Below, piece by piece: positions 10,707 through 20,549 of a stretch of DNA of 64,000 nucleotides (positions within the stretch are counted from its first letter, which is position 1; every line of letters starts with the position of its first letter). The stretch is from contig CAWAKC010000001.1 of the NCBI GenBank assembly GCA_963782525.1, positions 288,001-352,000 on the forward strand, read 5' to 3'. The stretch is from Candidatus Bathyarchaeota archaeon. GTDB taxonomy: Archaea; Thermoproteota; Bathyarchaeia; Bathyarchaeales; Bathycorpusculaceae. The translations under genes and the position numbers were made by a program. Below the pieces are notes generated by a model, which did no database searches, had not been told where the DNA came from, and saw only the letters and a program-made list of their open reading frames with translations.

Positions 10707-10846
10707 TCAACGCATTAGCCAGAACAATAATTTAGCTCTCCCCATGGAACAGCCTGTTCCGCAAGAGGAACAGTGCCAAATTTATCCTTAAACTCGATGT
10801 GAAGTTGCCATAGGGTAATATATTAATAAAAACCAATCAACAGTCA

Positions 10847-11563
10847 ATGCGAAAAATTAAAGGTTCCAGCAGCTACCTCAAAAACCAAGTCAGAAAAAAC
10901 CTTGCCAAAGCTGGGCTAAGCGCAATACTGTTTGCAGCTGTCTCTGCCTTCTTAATCTTTAGAATCTTCTCAACCTTAAAAGTCGGCATGTTAGAGCTAT
11001 CAGGTCTTGTTTTCTTGGTTGTACCGCTGGGTGCTTTCTACTTTTTTTTGCGCAGGTACCACATTTACAATGCGGGCTTAGCAGGAGAAAAACAAGTTGC
11101 CAACCTCCTAACGCACACATTAAACGACGATTATTATCTCCTAAACGATTTGTATCTCCGAGATGGCGGCGGAGACATTGACCACTTAGTTCTGGGACCC
11201 AACGGCGTTTTCGTTTTAGAAACCAAGAACTGGAACGGAAACATCTCCTGCAACGGTGATGAGTGGCAGAGGTCTGGAAAACAGAATTTTTCGGGAAGCC
11301 CCAGCCGGCAAGTTAAGCGGAACGCTGCTAAAATTCAACAGATAATCGGCGGCAACCCGAACCTGCGAGCGTTGGGCATCGGGGTTGAAGGCATAGTGGT
11401 CCTCACAAACAACCATGCAACACTTCATGTTAGCAACCCCACCGTAACGATCCTAAAGCTTCCACAATTACCCAATCACCTAACAACCATTAGGAATTCT
11501 AGAATCCTAACTCGAGAACAGTTAGAAGCTGTCGGTAAAGAAATTGTTAAGCAGAAACACTAA
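10847..11563 (+). CDS. NERD-domain membrane protein
   Basis: Two TM segments, then GLAGE..DIDHLVLGPNGVFVLETKNW..SPSRQ. Confidence 0.85.
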   Translation: MRKIKGSSSYLKNQVRKNLAKAGLSAILFAAVSAFLIFRIFSTLKVGMLELSGLVFLVVPLGAFYFFLRRYHIYNAGLAGEKQVANLLTHTLNDDYYLLNDLYLRDGGGDIDHLVLGPNGVFVLETKNWNGNISCNGDEWQRSGKQNFSGSPSRQVKRNAAKIQQIIGGNPNLRALGIGVEGIVVLTNNHATLHVSNPTVTILKLPQLPNHLTTIRNSRILTREQLEAVGKEIVKQKH

Positions 11564-12227
11564 GATGCTTGGGCTCCGGTGGAGTAATTTTTAGCCAATC
11601 TTTCCGTTTGAGGCATACAAACGAAGTTATGCTTGTTATGAGTAAGCTGCTAATGACAAAGGAGTTTGGCAAGGCTTGGCTACTGTCCACAAGTGTAGAA
11701 AGCAGTATTGAAAAGCAGCAGTAAAGCGCAAATGCCCCAGTGACGAATTGGAGAATATGTAAACTCTTTCTTATTTGGTAAGCTTTGGTTTTTAAGCGGT
11801 TCAAGCCAGATTCCACTTTTTTAGAAACATCAGGCAAGTCATCTAAAAACAATGCTAAACCTGCCAAAAAGCATACGCGTCCAGCATTAACCCCTACGCT
11901 GTAGGAATCTACAAAGAACAGACTGGGCAACGGAATAGAAGTGAACGCGGTTACACAAGCTGATGTTGAAACCAGCACAAAGAAGCCGTAGACGTAATGA
12001 TGAAACAGGAAACGCCCAGTATGCAAAGTGCGCCCGATTGCGGCAGACGGAAAGATGTTGATTACTCCAGCGGCGAGAGCAATCCAAAACAGGTTGCCGT
12101 CAATTAGGAAAGGAGCATAGGGGTGCCAATGGGGATAAGATGTGTAGAACCCAGACAAGATGCCGACAACAGCTGCTACTGTGATTAGTGCATTGAATAT
12201 TAACGCAACACTGTAAATTTTCTTCAA
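11547..12227 (-). CDS. Membrane protein with FHHYVYG motif
   Basis: Multiple TM segments; HHYxYG and GLALFLDD. Confidence 0.7.
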   Translation of the reverse strand: MKKIYSVALIFNALITVAAVVGILSGFYTSYPHWHPYAPFLIDGNLFWIALAAGVINIFPSAAIGRTLHTGRFLFHHYVYGFFVLVSTSACVTAFTSIPLPSLFFVDSYSVGVNAGRVCFLAGLALFLDDLPDVSKKVESGLNRLKTKAYQIRKSLHILQFVTGAFALYCCFSILLSTLVDSSQALPNSFVISSLLITSITSFVCLKRKDWLKITPPEPKHLSVSA

Positions 12228-12506
12228 AATTACTTTAACAGAACCAGCCGTCGCCTTCCCTCACAAAGCCTTTTCCTTAAATTTATCAAAAATTGTTTGG
12301 TCAACCGACTTTTTATATGTAACGTAAGTTAAGGGTTAATTTTCCCCAACAGAACATCAGCCAGGTTTGACAACTTACAATTTTTCGGTCGATTAAAATA
12401 TTTACGTATCGCCCTAGTCAAGTCACCAGTTAAAACGGTCGATTTAAACGAGCCCAGGGAACAGTGAAGAGAACCTTTTTATTTCGTTTTTCATAGGCAA
12501 TCTTGA

Positions 12507-12875
12507 TTGGTGAATCCTTTGGCAAGTATCGGTTTAGGCTCACTGGTAGGCTTCATAGTAACAGTAATCGTAAGCTTACTCTATCCAGGTTTAGGGTTCA
12601 TAGTTGGCTCATTATTGGGAGGCTTCATAGCTGGACTCATTGCTCGCGGCATTTTAGGCGGCTCTATGGCAGGTTTGCTCTCTGGATTCGCTAGCGCAGT
12701 TGTATTGGCAATCCTATCTTTCCTACACCTTATCGTAGTTGAAACCATTAGGCATGGAGTTCTTGGTTTCCTTTTCGGCGGCTTGGCAGGACTAGTTTTA
12801 GGAGTAATAGCGCTCGTATTGGTTACGGTACTTTCTGGAATCGGCGGCTTCGTCGGCGGAGCAGTCACACACTAA
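12507..12875 (+). CDS. Gly-rich small membrane protein (DUF5518-like)
   Basis: GGFIAG..GGFVGG helical hairpin pattern. Confidence 0.65.
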   Translation: MVNPLASIGLGSLVGFIVTVIVSLLYPGLGFIVGSLLGGFIAGLIARGILGGSMAGLLSGFASAVVLAILSFLHLIVVETIRHGVLGFLFGGLAGLVLGVIALVLVTVLSGIGGFVGGAVTH

Positions 12876-12879
12876 GCGC

Positions 12880-14433
12880 TTACCGGTCTAGCATGAAGGT
12901 TTTCTCATGAGTCGCCTGCTCTGGAATACGGTCCAAAATCATTTTTTCCTCGGGCTTTTTGCTCAATACAATGGGTGACAGTTGCTGCGCTAACTCTAGT
13001 GCTGACGCCAACTTACTGCTTCTTTCGGCGTAAATTTCAAACAGTACACCATTTTTATGTACGCTTCCGCCTAGTTTAGCATGCAATAGTACACCTGCAC
13101 CCTTCTCTTTCGGAGCCCCAGCTTCACGGGCAATCCGAACAATATCGTCAGTACTAAGCCAAAGGACTTTGCCAGCAACGTCCGAACGCACCACAGCCGA
13201 TTCGGGTCCAACAGGCAAATCTTCAGGCTTAATCGAGGGGTTTCCGCCTTGAGCAGCGATGATTTCACGCATCTTTGCCATCGCCTTGCCCGAATCAATC
13301 ATTTCTTCAGCCATCCCACGGGGGTTTTCAACATCGACCATTTCAAATAACATACTTGCAAGGCTCAAGGCTTTCTCACGTAAATCAGGCGGACCGCTAC
13401 CCATCAGTGTAGTCAACGCTTCCCTTGCCTCCAACGCTGGTCCGATCCCGCAACCCAACGGTTGATCTCCAAAAGTCAAGGCACATTGGATGTTTAAATC
13501 TAAACGTTTACCCAAATCAACAAAATCAGACGCTAATGTGTATGCTTCGGTTCGGGTCTTAATTTTTGCGCCCATGCCAGTGGGAATGTCGATAACGACG
13601 TGTGTGGCGCCGATGGCTTTTTTCTTGCTTAGAATCGAGGGCAACAACATGGGGTCGATTCCCAAGGGGTACTCGACTTGGATAAAGAGGTCGTCGGCTG
13701 GTGCAAGCTCCAGTGACCCGCCCCAAACGAGGCATCCGTTGGTTTTTTTGACAGTTTCTTTGATTTCTTTTATGGTTAGGTTTACGGGGCAGAGGGTTTC
13801 TACGCGGTCTGCGGTTCCTGCCGGAGATGTTATGGCTCGCGATGAAGTTTTGGGAATGGTGAACCCTGCTGCCGCCACAATTGGCACAACGAGCATGCTG
13901 GTTTTGTCGCCAGGTATACCACCGACGCTGTGTTTGTCAAGAATGGGCCCGGGTCCAAAATCGAGAGTTTTACCCGTCGAAATCATGGCACGTGAAAGAG
14001 CTTCTGTTTCGCCAGTGCTAAGTCCATGGATGCTGAGGGCTGTGAGGAATGCGGCGATTTCAACGTTGCTCAAATGCCGCTCAACCACATCTTTCACGAT
14101 GGCGACAAGGTCCTGTTCGCGTAACCGTTCTCCATGAAGTTTTGCTCGAATGTTAAAGAGAGATTCAGGAAGCGGAGCCAAAGTCACATTAACTGTCTCG
14201 CCTTCCTCTACCCCGAGGGCAGCAACAGTTTCTCGATAGAGCCCGATTCGGTTTGGAGGAAAATAATCGGCGATGTTGGCGATAGCTATCATTTCTTGGT
14301 TTTTGCAGGTGATTTTTATTCTGTCAGAACTGTGCACGCCCAGCAAGTTGGCGCTTTGTTCGCTTAGTAGGGCGATTCTACTACCGCCCGTGGTAATCAT
14401 CAAGACTTCAACGCTGAGTTCCATCTGAAACAC
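12880..14433 (-). CDS. AMP phosphorylase
   Basis: N-terminal extension; DKHSVGGIPG; IPKTSSRAITSPAGTAD. Confidence 0.93.
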   Translation of the reverse strand: MFQMELSVEVLMITTGGSRIALLSEQSANLLGVHSSDRIKITCKNQEMIAIANIADYFPPNRIGLYRETVAALGVEEGETVNVTLAPLPESLFNIRAKLHGERLREQDLVAIVKDVVERHLSNVEIAAFLTALSIHGLSTGETEALSRAMISTGKTLDFGPGPILDKHSVGGIPGDKTSMLVVPIVAAAGFTIPKTSSRAITSPAGTADRVETLCPVNLTIKEIKETVKKTNGCLVWGGSLELAPADDLFIQVEYPLGIDPMLLPSILSKKKAIGATHVVIDIPTGMGAKIKTRTEAYTLASDFVDLGKRLDLNIQCALTFGDQPLGCGIGPALEAREALTTLMGSGPPDLREKALSLASMLFEMVDVENPRGMAEEMIDSGKAMAKMREIIAAQGGNPSIKPEDLPVGPESAVVRSDVAGKVLWLSTDDIVRIAREAGAPKEKGAGVLLHAKLGGSVHKNGVLFEIYAERSSKLASALELAQQLSPIVLSKKPEEKMILDRIPEQATHEKTFMLDR

Positions 14434-14502
14434 TCACTAACCAATTATGCTTGGAATAGTTAAAGATTTTAAGGCAAACCCAATGAGTCTAACTGTCGAG
14501 GG

Positions 14503-15732
14503 TTGCTCTTGAAGTATCTTGACTTTATAGATTTAACTTACAAGCCTAAAGAAACCGATTTAATCTGCATTTTTTACGTTGAACCTGAAGGCATCAGCCT
14601 AAAAGAAGCCGCTGGTGGAGTGGCTGCAGAAAGCTCTGTGGGAACTTGGACAGAACTAACAACTGAGAAACCTTATGTTAAACGGTTGGCTGCCCACGTA
14701 TTCAGCATCGAAGGCAATGTAATCAAAATTGCATATCCTATCGAACTCTTTGAGCCATCGAACATGCCAAACATCCTAAGTAGCGTAGCTGGAAACGTTT
14801 TTGGTTTAAAAGCACTCAAGAACCTGCGCCTCCTCGACATAGAATTCCCCAATCAGCTCCTGAACACTTTCAAGGGACCAGCGTTTGGCATAGCTGGAAT
14901 CCGAAAGCTCCTCAAAATCCCAAAGCGCCCCCTTGTAGGCACTATAATCAAACCTAAGCTCGGATTGGAAACCAAAGACCACGCCAAAGTTGCCTATGAA
15001 GCATGGTTAGGGGGATGCGACGCTGTAAAAGACGACGAGAACCTTAGTAGCCAAAGCTTCAATCCCTTCGAAGAACGATTAGCGCAGACGTTGGAAAGCC
15101 GCGACAAAGCCCAAGAAGAAACGAATGAACGTAAAGTCTACATGATTAACGTCACCGCCGAAACCCAGACCATGCTCAGTCGAGCTCAAGCTGTGGTTGA
15201 CCAAGGAGGCGAATACGTAATGGTGGATATCTTAACCTGTGGTTGGTCAGCCCTGCAAACACTCAGAGACCAGAACTTCAAACTAGTAATACATGCACAC
15301 CGAGCTGGACATGCAGCGTTCACCAAGAACCCATTGCACGGCATCGCCATGAAACCAATTGCCACTGTTGCTAGAATAATCGGAGTAGACCAACTTCACG
15401 TTGGCACAGTCGTCGGGAAAATGTCAGAAACTAAAACAGAAGTCATCGAAAACATCGAGGCTTGCAAAGCTGAAATGGGACTTCTAAAACCTGTTTTGCC
15501 CGTTGCAAGCGGTGGATTGCACCCTAGATTGGTTCCAGCACTCATGGAAACCTTCGGCTACGACTTCGTCATCCAAGCAGGCGGCGGCATCCATGGACAC
15601 CCAGACGGGACAGTTGCAGGTGCTAAAGCAATGCGCCAAGCCGTCGACGCAACCCTATACGGAAAAACCCTCGAAGAATATGCCAAAACCCACCATGAAC
15701 TCGCCTCAGCACTGAAACAGTGGAAAACTTGA
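14503..15732 (+). CDS. rbcL: Form III RuBisCO large subunit
   Basis: AAESSVGTWT, KPKLGL, GGCDAVKDDE, HAHRAGH, SGGLHP, GGGIHGHP. Confidence 0.95.
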   Translation: MLLKYLDFIDLTYKPKETDLICIFYVEPEGISLKEAAGGVAAESSVGTWTELTTEKPYVKRLAAHVFSIEGNVIKIAYPIELFEPSNMPNILSSVAGNVFGLKALKNLRLLDIEFPNQLLNTFKGPAFGIAGIRKLLKIPKRPLVGTIIKPKLGLETKDHAKVAYEAWLGGCDAVKDDENLSSQSFNPFEERLAQTLESRDKAQEETNERKVYMINVTAETQTMLSRAQAVVDQGGEYVMVDILTCGWSALQTLRDQNFKLVIHAHRAGHAAFTKNPLHGIAMKPIATVARIIGVDQLHVGTVVGKMSETKTEVIENIEACKAEMGLLKPVLPVASGGLHPRLVPALMETFGYDFVIQAGGGIHGHPDGTVAGAKAMRQAVDATLYGKTLEEYAKTHHELASALKQWKT

Positions 15733-15774
15733 GCGCTTTTGCCTAATTGGAAGCTTAATGGTAAATTATACTAT

Positions 15775-16587
15775 CTATTGTTTGCCACCAAGTTTTTCGT
15801 AGATGAAAGCTCCAATCAAAACCGACAACACATCGATTAAACCTCTCAAAAATATGTCAAGAAGGCTTATTTCAAAAACAAGTGGGATAAAGAAATTAAA
15901 GAAGAACAAGTCGATCCCAAACACCACTACGGCAAATAACGCGGCTTTAGCAAATGGTGATTTCGCTTCAATTCCCATTGATAAGACAGAATACATCAAG
16001 CCTATTGAGAGTCCAGTTATGGCTGCCCAAATCAAGGTTTGAAGTGGCGATGTGATAAACGAGCTGAGTATGGGCAGAAACAGGTAGCCAAGTACCCGGA
16101 TAACCACAAAAACCAATGGAAACACCACTATGACGGCTGTTTTGCGGTTAATCCCGATGGCGTGTGGTTGCTTTTCTTTTGACGCCAAAAACAATCCCAG
16201 TAACAACCCCAAGCATACTAAACCTGAACCGTCAGCTAAAGGATAAGACAAAAGATCCACAACTGAACCTGAAGCTGAAGGCAGTGGTTCAAACAGGTAG
16301 GCAACCCACATTAAAGCAAACAAGCCGCCGAAAACCAAGCCTTTAACCAGCTTGTTAAATGGTAAACGGCGTTGTATTAGAACAAAGACGATTCCAAGTA
16401 ACGAATAGCCGAAGAATGCGTAGACGGTGAAGACGAGTGGTAACAATCCTGCATTGACGATAATGCTTGGAGGAAAATACGCTTGACTTGTTGAGGGAAT
16501 AAACAGTTGAATTATAACTCTAAACATCGTTGCAAGGAATGCAACGCAAAAGAGCTTCAGCCAGCCGCGTTTGTTGAGATCAAACAT
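15775..16587 (-). CDS. Polytopic membrane protein (two internal repeats)
   Basis: About 8 TM segments; KGLVFG/KAALFA half-repeats. Confidence 0.7.
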   Translation of the reverse strand: MFDLNKRGWLKLFCVAFLATMFRVIIQLFIPSTSQAYFPPSIIVNAGLLPLVFTVYAFFGYSLLGIVFVLIQRRLPFNKLVKGLVFGGLFALMWVAYLFEPLPSASGSVVDLLSYPLADGSGLVCLGLLLGLFLASKEKQPHAIGINRKTAVIVVFPLVFVVIRVLGYLFLPILSSFITSPLQTLIWAAITGLSIGLMYSVLSMGIEAKSPFAKAALFAVVVFGIDLFFFNFFIPLVFEISLLDIFLRGLIDVLSVLIGAFIYEKLGGKQ

Positions 16588-16608
16588 AAATTGAATCTTG
16601 CCTTCTGG

Positions 16609-17529
16609 TCACTTGATTAGCCATGGATAACTGCATCTTATTGACTCAACAATTGATTGGGGTGCGATAATCCCTTCTTCACAGATTAAGCCGTGGATAT
16701 AGCGGTTTGGAGTAACGTCAAAAGCGGGGTTGCGCACAGTAAGTTTTGCTGGTGCTTCGCTCCAAACCTCCGCAGGATTGCGTTGCTCGATTTTTTCGCA
16801 TTCGCCAATTAGCGTTGCTGGGTCGAATTTGAGCAGTTCCGAAACCACATAGAAGGGCACTCTGGCTTCATGGGCTAAAATTGCGATTCCGCTTGACCCA
16901 ATCTTGTTAACTACGTTCCCTTCAGAGGTGATGGCGTCGGCTCCCACTATAACCAAGTCAACGTCTCCTATGAATGTCCGTGCCGCAGAATCAACGATAA
17001 ACGTAGTTTCAATGTCCAAATCAACGAGTTCTTTAGCAGTTATTCTTCCCTGAAACGCGGGGCGGGTTTCGGTACATATGACTCTAAAATTTTTGCCGCT
17101 TGCTTTGGCTATGGCGAGCAGTCTGGTTACCGTTGATGAGTGGCAATGCGTAAAAACCACTGAGCCGTCGCGGATTCGTTTGGCTCCAATTTCTGCTATG
17201 CGCTCTTTTGAATCTTCTAAATCTTTTAGGAACTGGGTGGCTGTTGCGCTTACTGTTTGGCTGAGTTCGGCTACTTTTTCGGTTTTTGCGCTTTGAGCTT
17301 GGGTGATTAACCGGCGGATGGCGTTTCGCATTAAGGGTTCGGTTTCTCTGGATGCAGCAAATATAGTTTGGGCTTCTTTGAGTTCGCCCATGAACTGGGT
17401 TTTGGTTTTTGTTTTTGTTTGCTCTGCTTGGGTTCGGATGGCTTTCACCGCTGCTATGGCAACGTTTCGTGCGCCTTGAACTTCTAGCTTCTTGATTTTT
17501 TCTGCAGTAGTACGGATTGTTTCTGACAT
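16609..17529 (-). CDS. Ribose-1,5-bisphosphate isomerase (eIF2B family)
   Basis: VQGARNVA, THCHSS, TETRP, GADAIT, NKIG, NPAFDVTP; located next to AMP phosphorylase and rbcL. Confidence 0.9.
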   Translation of the reverse strand: MSETIRTTAEKIKKLEVQGARNVAIAAVKAIRTQAEQTKTKTKTQFMGELKEAQTIFAASRETEPLMRNAIRRLITQAQSAKTEKVAELSQTVSATATQFLKDLEDSKERIAEIGAKRIRDGSVVFTHCHSSTVTRLLAIAKASGKNFRVICTETRPAFQGRITAKELVDLDIETTFIVDSAARTFIGDVDLVIVGADAITSEGNVVNKIGSSGIAILAHEARVPFYVVSELLKFDPATLIGECEKIEQRNPAEVWSEAPAKLTVRNPAFDVTPNRYIHGLICEEGIIAPQSIVESIRCSYPWLIK

Positions 17530-17601
17530 AATTTTTCAACCCAAGAGCTTTGTTTTACTATTTGTGGAGAAGCATATAAGCAAATTCGTAACAACTGGTT
17601 A

Positions 17602-18750
17602 GTGAACGATATGTTGCCTGACGAAGATAGCATTAACAGTATCCTGCGACCGTACATTCAGCCTTGGTATGATTCCATCGAGGACCCGCAAAAGGCACAA
17701 GAGCGGGTGCTGGCTGATTTGGTGGCAAAATATGCATCCACAGAATACGGTGTCAGCCACAACGCTGTACAAGTCAGGGGCATTGTTGATTATCAGGCTA
17801 ATTTTCCCATAATTAATTATTCAGGGCTCATTCCATACCTCAAACAGGTAAAAGAACTAAGCTACAAAGCGTTTTTGTCTGAACCGCCTGAAACATGGGT
17901 TATGACCCGCGGCTCAACAGGAAAATCAAAAGTCTTACCAGCAACCCAAACTCACCTAAAACAAATCTATAGCTGCGGCGCAAGGGCCCTCATAAACTAC
18001 GCTGTACGAAAAAAGAACTATGAGGTTTTTCTGGGCGTTATTTTGAACTTGAATTTTCCCTCAAATGTCCATTCAATGGAGGTCAACGGCGAACAAGTAA
18101 CCTACGGCTACAGTTCAGGCACCTACGCCCGCCTCAATCCCATGTTCGACAGGGTAAGCCTTATGCCACGCCAAGAAGAAATCGACGGTTTAGGTGGTGG
18201 AGTCAGCCGGAAAGATTGGCAGAAACGCTTTGAACTCGTCTACCAGATGGCGCTCAACCAAAACGTAACAGCTGCAATGGGAGTTACCCCTGTAATCCTA
18301 TCTTTTGCCAGATACATTAAACACAAATACGGAAAAAAACCCGTCGACCTATGGAAAACCCAAGCCATATTCCTAACAAGCGTACCCAAAATTCACTTCA
18401 AGTATGAACCGATCATCAAGAGTTACTTTGGGGACGTGCCAATCGTAGAAATGTACACGGCTACCGAAGGTGTTTTTGGACAGCAAATAGATGATTTGCC
18501 CTACATTACCCCAAACTACGACACATACTTCTTTGAAGTTGCCACCGGAAAAGGCGTCAAGATGCTGCATCAACTCAAGCGGGGGGAATGGGGCAGACTA
18601 ATCGTTTCTTCGTGTATGTTTCCGCGCTACGACATGGGCGACTTGATTGAGGCAGCTGGAAAAAACTACTATCGAGTGTTCGGAAGAAACAAAGCCTTCA
18701 CTTTGCTGGAGCATAGGCTTTACCGAGCGTTTTTAGGTTGGATAGTCTAA
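17602..18750 (+). CDS. GH3 acyl-amido synthetase family protein (short form)
   Basis: TRGSTGKSKVLP, EMYTATEG, PRYDMGDLI resemble the GH3 adenylation motifs. Confidence 0.75.
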   Translation: MNDMLPDEDSINSILRPYIQPWYDSIEDPQKAQERVLADLVAKYASTEYGVSHNAVQVRGIVDYQANFPIINYSGLIPYLKQVKELSYKAFLSEPPETWVMTRGSTGKSKVLPATQTHLKQIYSCGARALINYAVRKKNYEVFLGVILNLNFPSNVHSMEVNGEQVTYGYSSGTYARLNPMFDRVSLMPRQEEIDGLGGGVSRKDWQKRFELVYQMALNQNVTAAMGVTPVILSFARYIKHKYGKKPVDLWKTQAIFLTSVPKIHFKYEPIIKSYFGDVPIVEMYTATEGVFGQQIDDLPYITPNYDTYFFEVATGKGVKMLHQLKRGEWGRLIVSSCMFPRYDMGDLIEAAGKNYYRVFGRNKAFTLLEHRLYRAFLGWIV

Positions 18751-19160
18751 TTTGGCTGCGGTGAACGTTTTCGTGCAACTAACGCAATGTAGATGGCGCC
18801 GACGATTATGATTATGCCAATTATCAGCAGCATAATCGCCCAGCTTTGCCCTGTATCAGCGAAATAGCCACTTAACTGCAGTACCGAGAACAAACCAAGC
18901 GTAATTAAGATTAATCCACCGATTAAATAACCTATAAACCCAGCTTCACCCTTCTCGTTTTTTTCGCCTTTCTCTGGGCGATCGCGGTTTGTCTGTTTTT
19001 CCTGTTTTTCGTTTTTTTCTGATTTCTCATCTCTTCTGCGGTAAGGCTGAGGGGGAACAGGTTGACCTGTCGGGACGGTATTTTTTAATGATGCCCCGCA
19101 CCGTGGGCAAAAAACCATTGCGTCATCGACTTTATTGCCACATTTCGGACAATACGACAT
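18747..19160 (-). CDS. Zinc-ribbon membrane protein
   Basis: CPKCG..FCPRCG, EK-rich linker, two TM segments. Confidence 0.8.
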   Translation of the reverse strand: MSYCPKCGNKVDDAMVFCPRCGASLKNTVPTGQPVPPQPYRRRDEKSEKNEKQEKQTNRDRPEKGEKNEKGEAGFIGYLIGGLILITLGLFSVLQLSGYFADTGQSWAIMLLIIGIIIIVGAIYIALVARKRSPQPN

Positions 19161-19204
19161 GCAAATTCATCCACTTCCTATTTTATCAGCTCTGAGTATT
19201 TAAA

Positions 19205-19816
19205 ATGCACACATGCAATTTTTTATGGAAAGATATATTTGCCAAATTTAACATTGACGAATGGAGAAGCATTCCAATGAATATCCTAAACCTACACACA
19301 TTGACTGAGAAGAAGAAAGAAAGCTTAGTCACAGCCCTCTGGGTAGGCGCCGTATTCATTATTTTAGCTTTAGTGTACTACATCAATCTGTCCGCTAACC
19401 TTTGGGATGGCTTAGTCAACTTTTTCACCTCGCTCACCCTTGCGCCTCTGCCCAGCACGGGAATTTCGCTGCCTGCACCATTAAACCCATCTGGTTACGT
19501 GAACCTCTACACTGCAGCTTTCCAGTTCTGCTTAGGAGTAGGAGTTTTAGAAGTAGTGATCTTGGCGCTAAGAGTCGGAATGCATTCACCTGTATCACGT
19601 AAAGCAGAAACCATCGAGAACATCGTGTTTTGGCTTGGAACAAGCTTCCTAACAGTCACTTACCTAGAAAGGATAACGTTAGCTACTGAGTGGTTTGTTT
19701 TCTGGGCTGGAATAATCTTCATTTTCGGGTTAGCTTTGCTTGCGCGAGCGATAGTTGTGTTAGCCACACAAGTAACTATTTTTTCTTTATTTTCAAGGTC
19801 CACCAAAGACCCATAA
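19205..19816 (+). CDS. Hypothetical membrane protein
   Basis: About 4 TM segments; true start probably ATG 19277. Confidence 0.6.
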   Translation: MHTCNFLWKDIFAKFNIDEWRSIPMNILNLHTLTEKKKESLVTALWVGAVFIILALVYYINLSANLWDGLVNFFTSLTLAPLPSTGISLPAPLNPSGYVNLYTAAFQFCLGVGVLEVVILALRVGMHSPVSRKAETIENIVFWLGTSFLTVTYLERITLATEWFVFWAGIIFIFGLALLARAIVVLATQVTIFSLFSRSTKDP

Positions 19817-20549
19817 TTTGCCAAAACATACTCCAAGAATCCTTGAATATGTTAACTTTGGTTCCCCTGCCGCTTTTCCATTCGACAGGAATCTCCTTGA
19901 TCTTGAAGCCATGTCTGTAGGCTCTCACCATGACTTCTGTATCCCAAAACCAATGGGTAGCTTGCACTTCATCGAGCAGTTGCATGAGTGGTTCATGCTT
20001 GAAGGCTTTAAACCCGCATTGGTGGTCCCGAAGCTTCGAGCCAAGCACATGTCGAACCAAAAAATTGTACGTTTTGGAGCTTATGCTTCTACCTATTGTG
20101 CGTTCTGCCTTGCTTTCAGCCATCATCCTAGATCCAGTTGAAAAATCATAGCCTTCCAACGAGATGGCTTCAACGAGGGGTTTAAGATACCTAAGGTCAG
20201 TGGCTAAATCTAAATCCATGTAAACCAAAACTTCGCCACGACTTTGCTTGAACGCATTGTTGAGTGCGGTTCCTCTTCCCAAGCGCTGTTCACGGTGAAT
20301 ATGCCTAACACCAGGAATCTGTTGAGATAGTTCCTTTGCGCGCTCGGCGGTGCCGTCAGTGCTGCCGTCTTCAGCAACTATAACCTCGTAGGATTTTGTG
20401 AATTGGTTGAGGGTTTGGATGGTTTTTTCCACGGCTGGCTGCAGATAGTCAACTTCATTGTAGGCAGGCAGAACCACCGAGATCCCTACTACATTGTCGG
20501 TGGGCTTGAAGTTTGCGGTTAAGCAAAGTCCCCCCAACTTGGGAACCAC
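19776..20549 (-). CDS. Dolichol-phosphate glycosyltransferase (GT2, DPM/DPG synthase-like)
   Basis: SVVLPAYNE, EDGSTDGT, YMDLD, DHQCGFKAF, WFWDTE. Confidence 0.9.
   Translation of the reverse strand: MVPKLGGLCLTANFKPTDNVVGISVVLPAYNEVDYLQPAVEKTIQTLNQFTKSYEVIVAEDGSTDGTAERAKELSQQIPGVRHIHREQRLGRGTALNNAFKQSRGEVLVYMDLDLATDLRYLKPLVEAISLEGYDFSTGSRMMAESKAERTIGRSISSKTYNFLVRHVLGSKLRDHQCGFKAFKHEPLMQLLDEVQATHWFWDTEVMVRAYRHGFKIKEIPVEWKSGRGTKVNIFKDSWSMFWQIMGLWWTLKIKKK

Noticed and set aside
13490-14137. 215-aa plus-strand ORF and similar long antisense ORFs across carB, argH and others
   Set aside because: They lie fully opposite well-supported genes and have no motifs.
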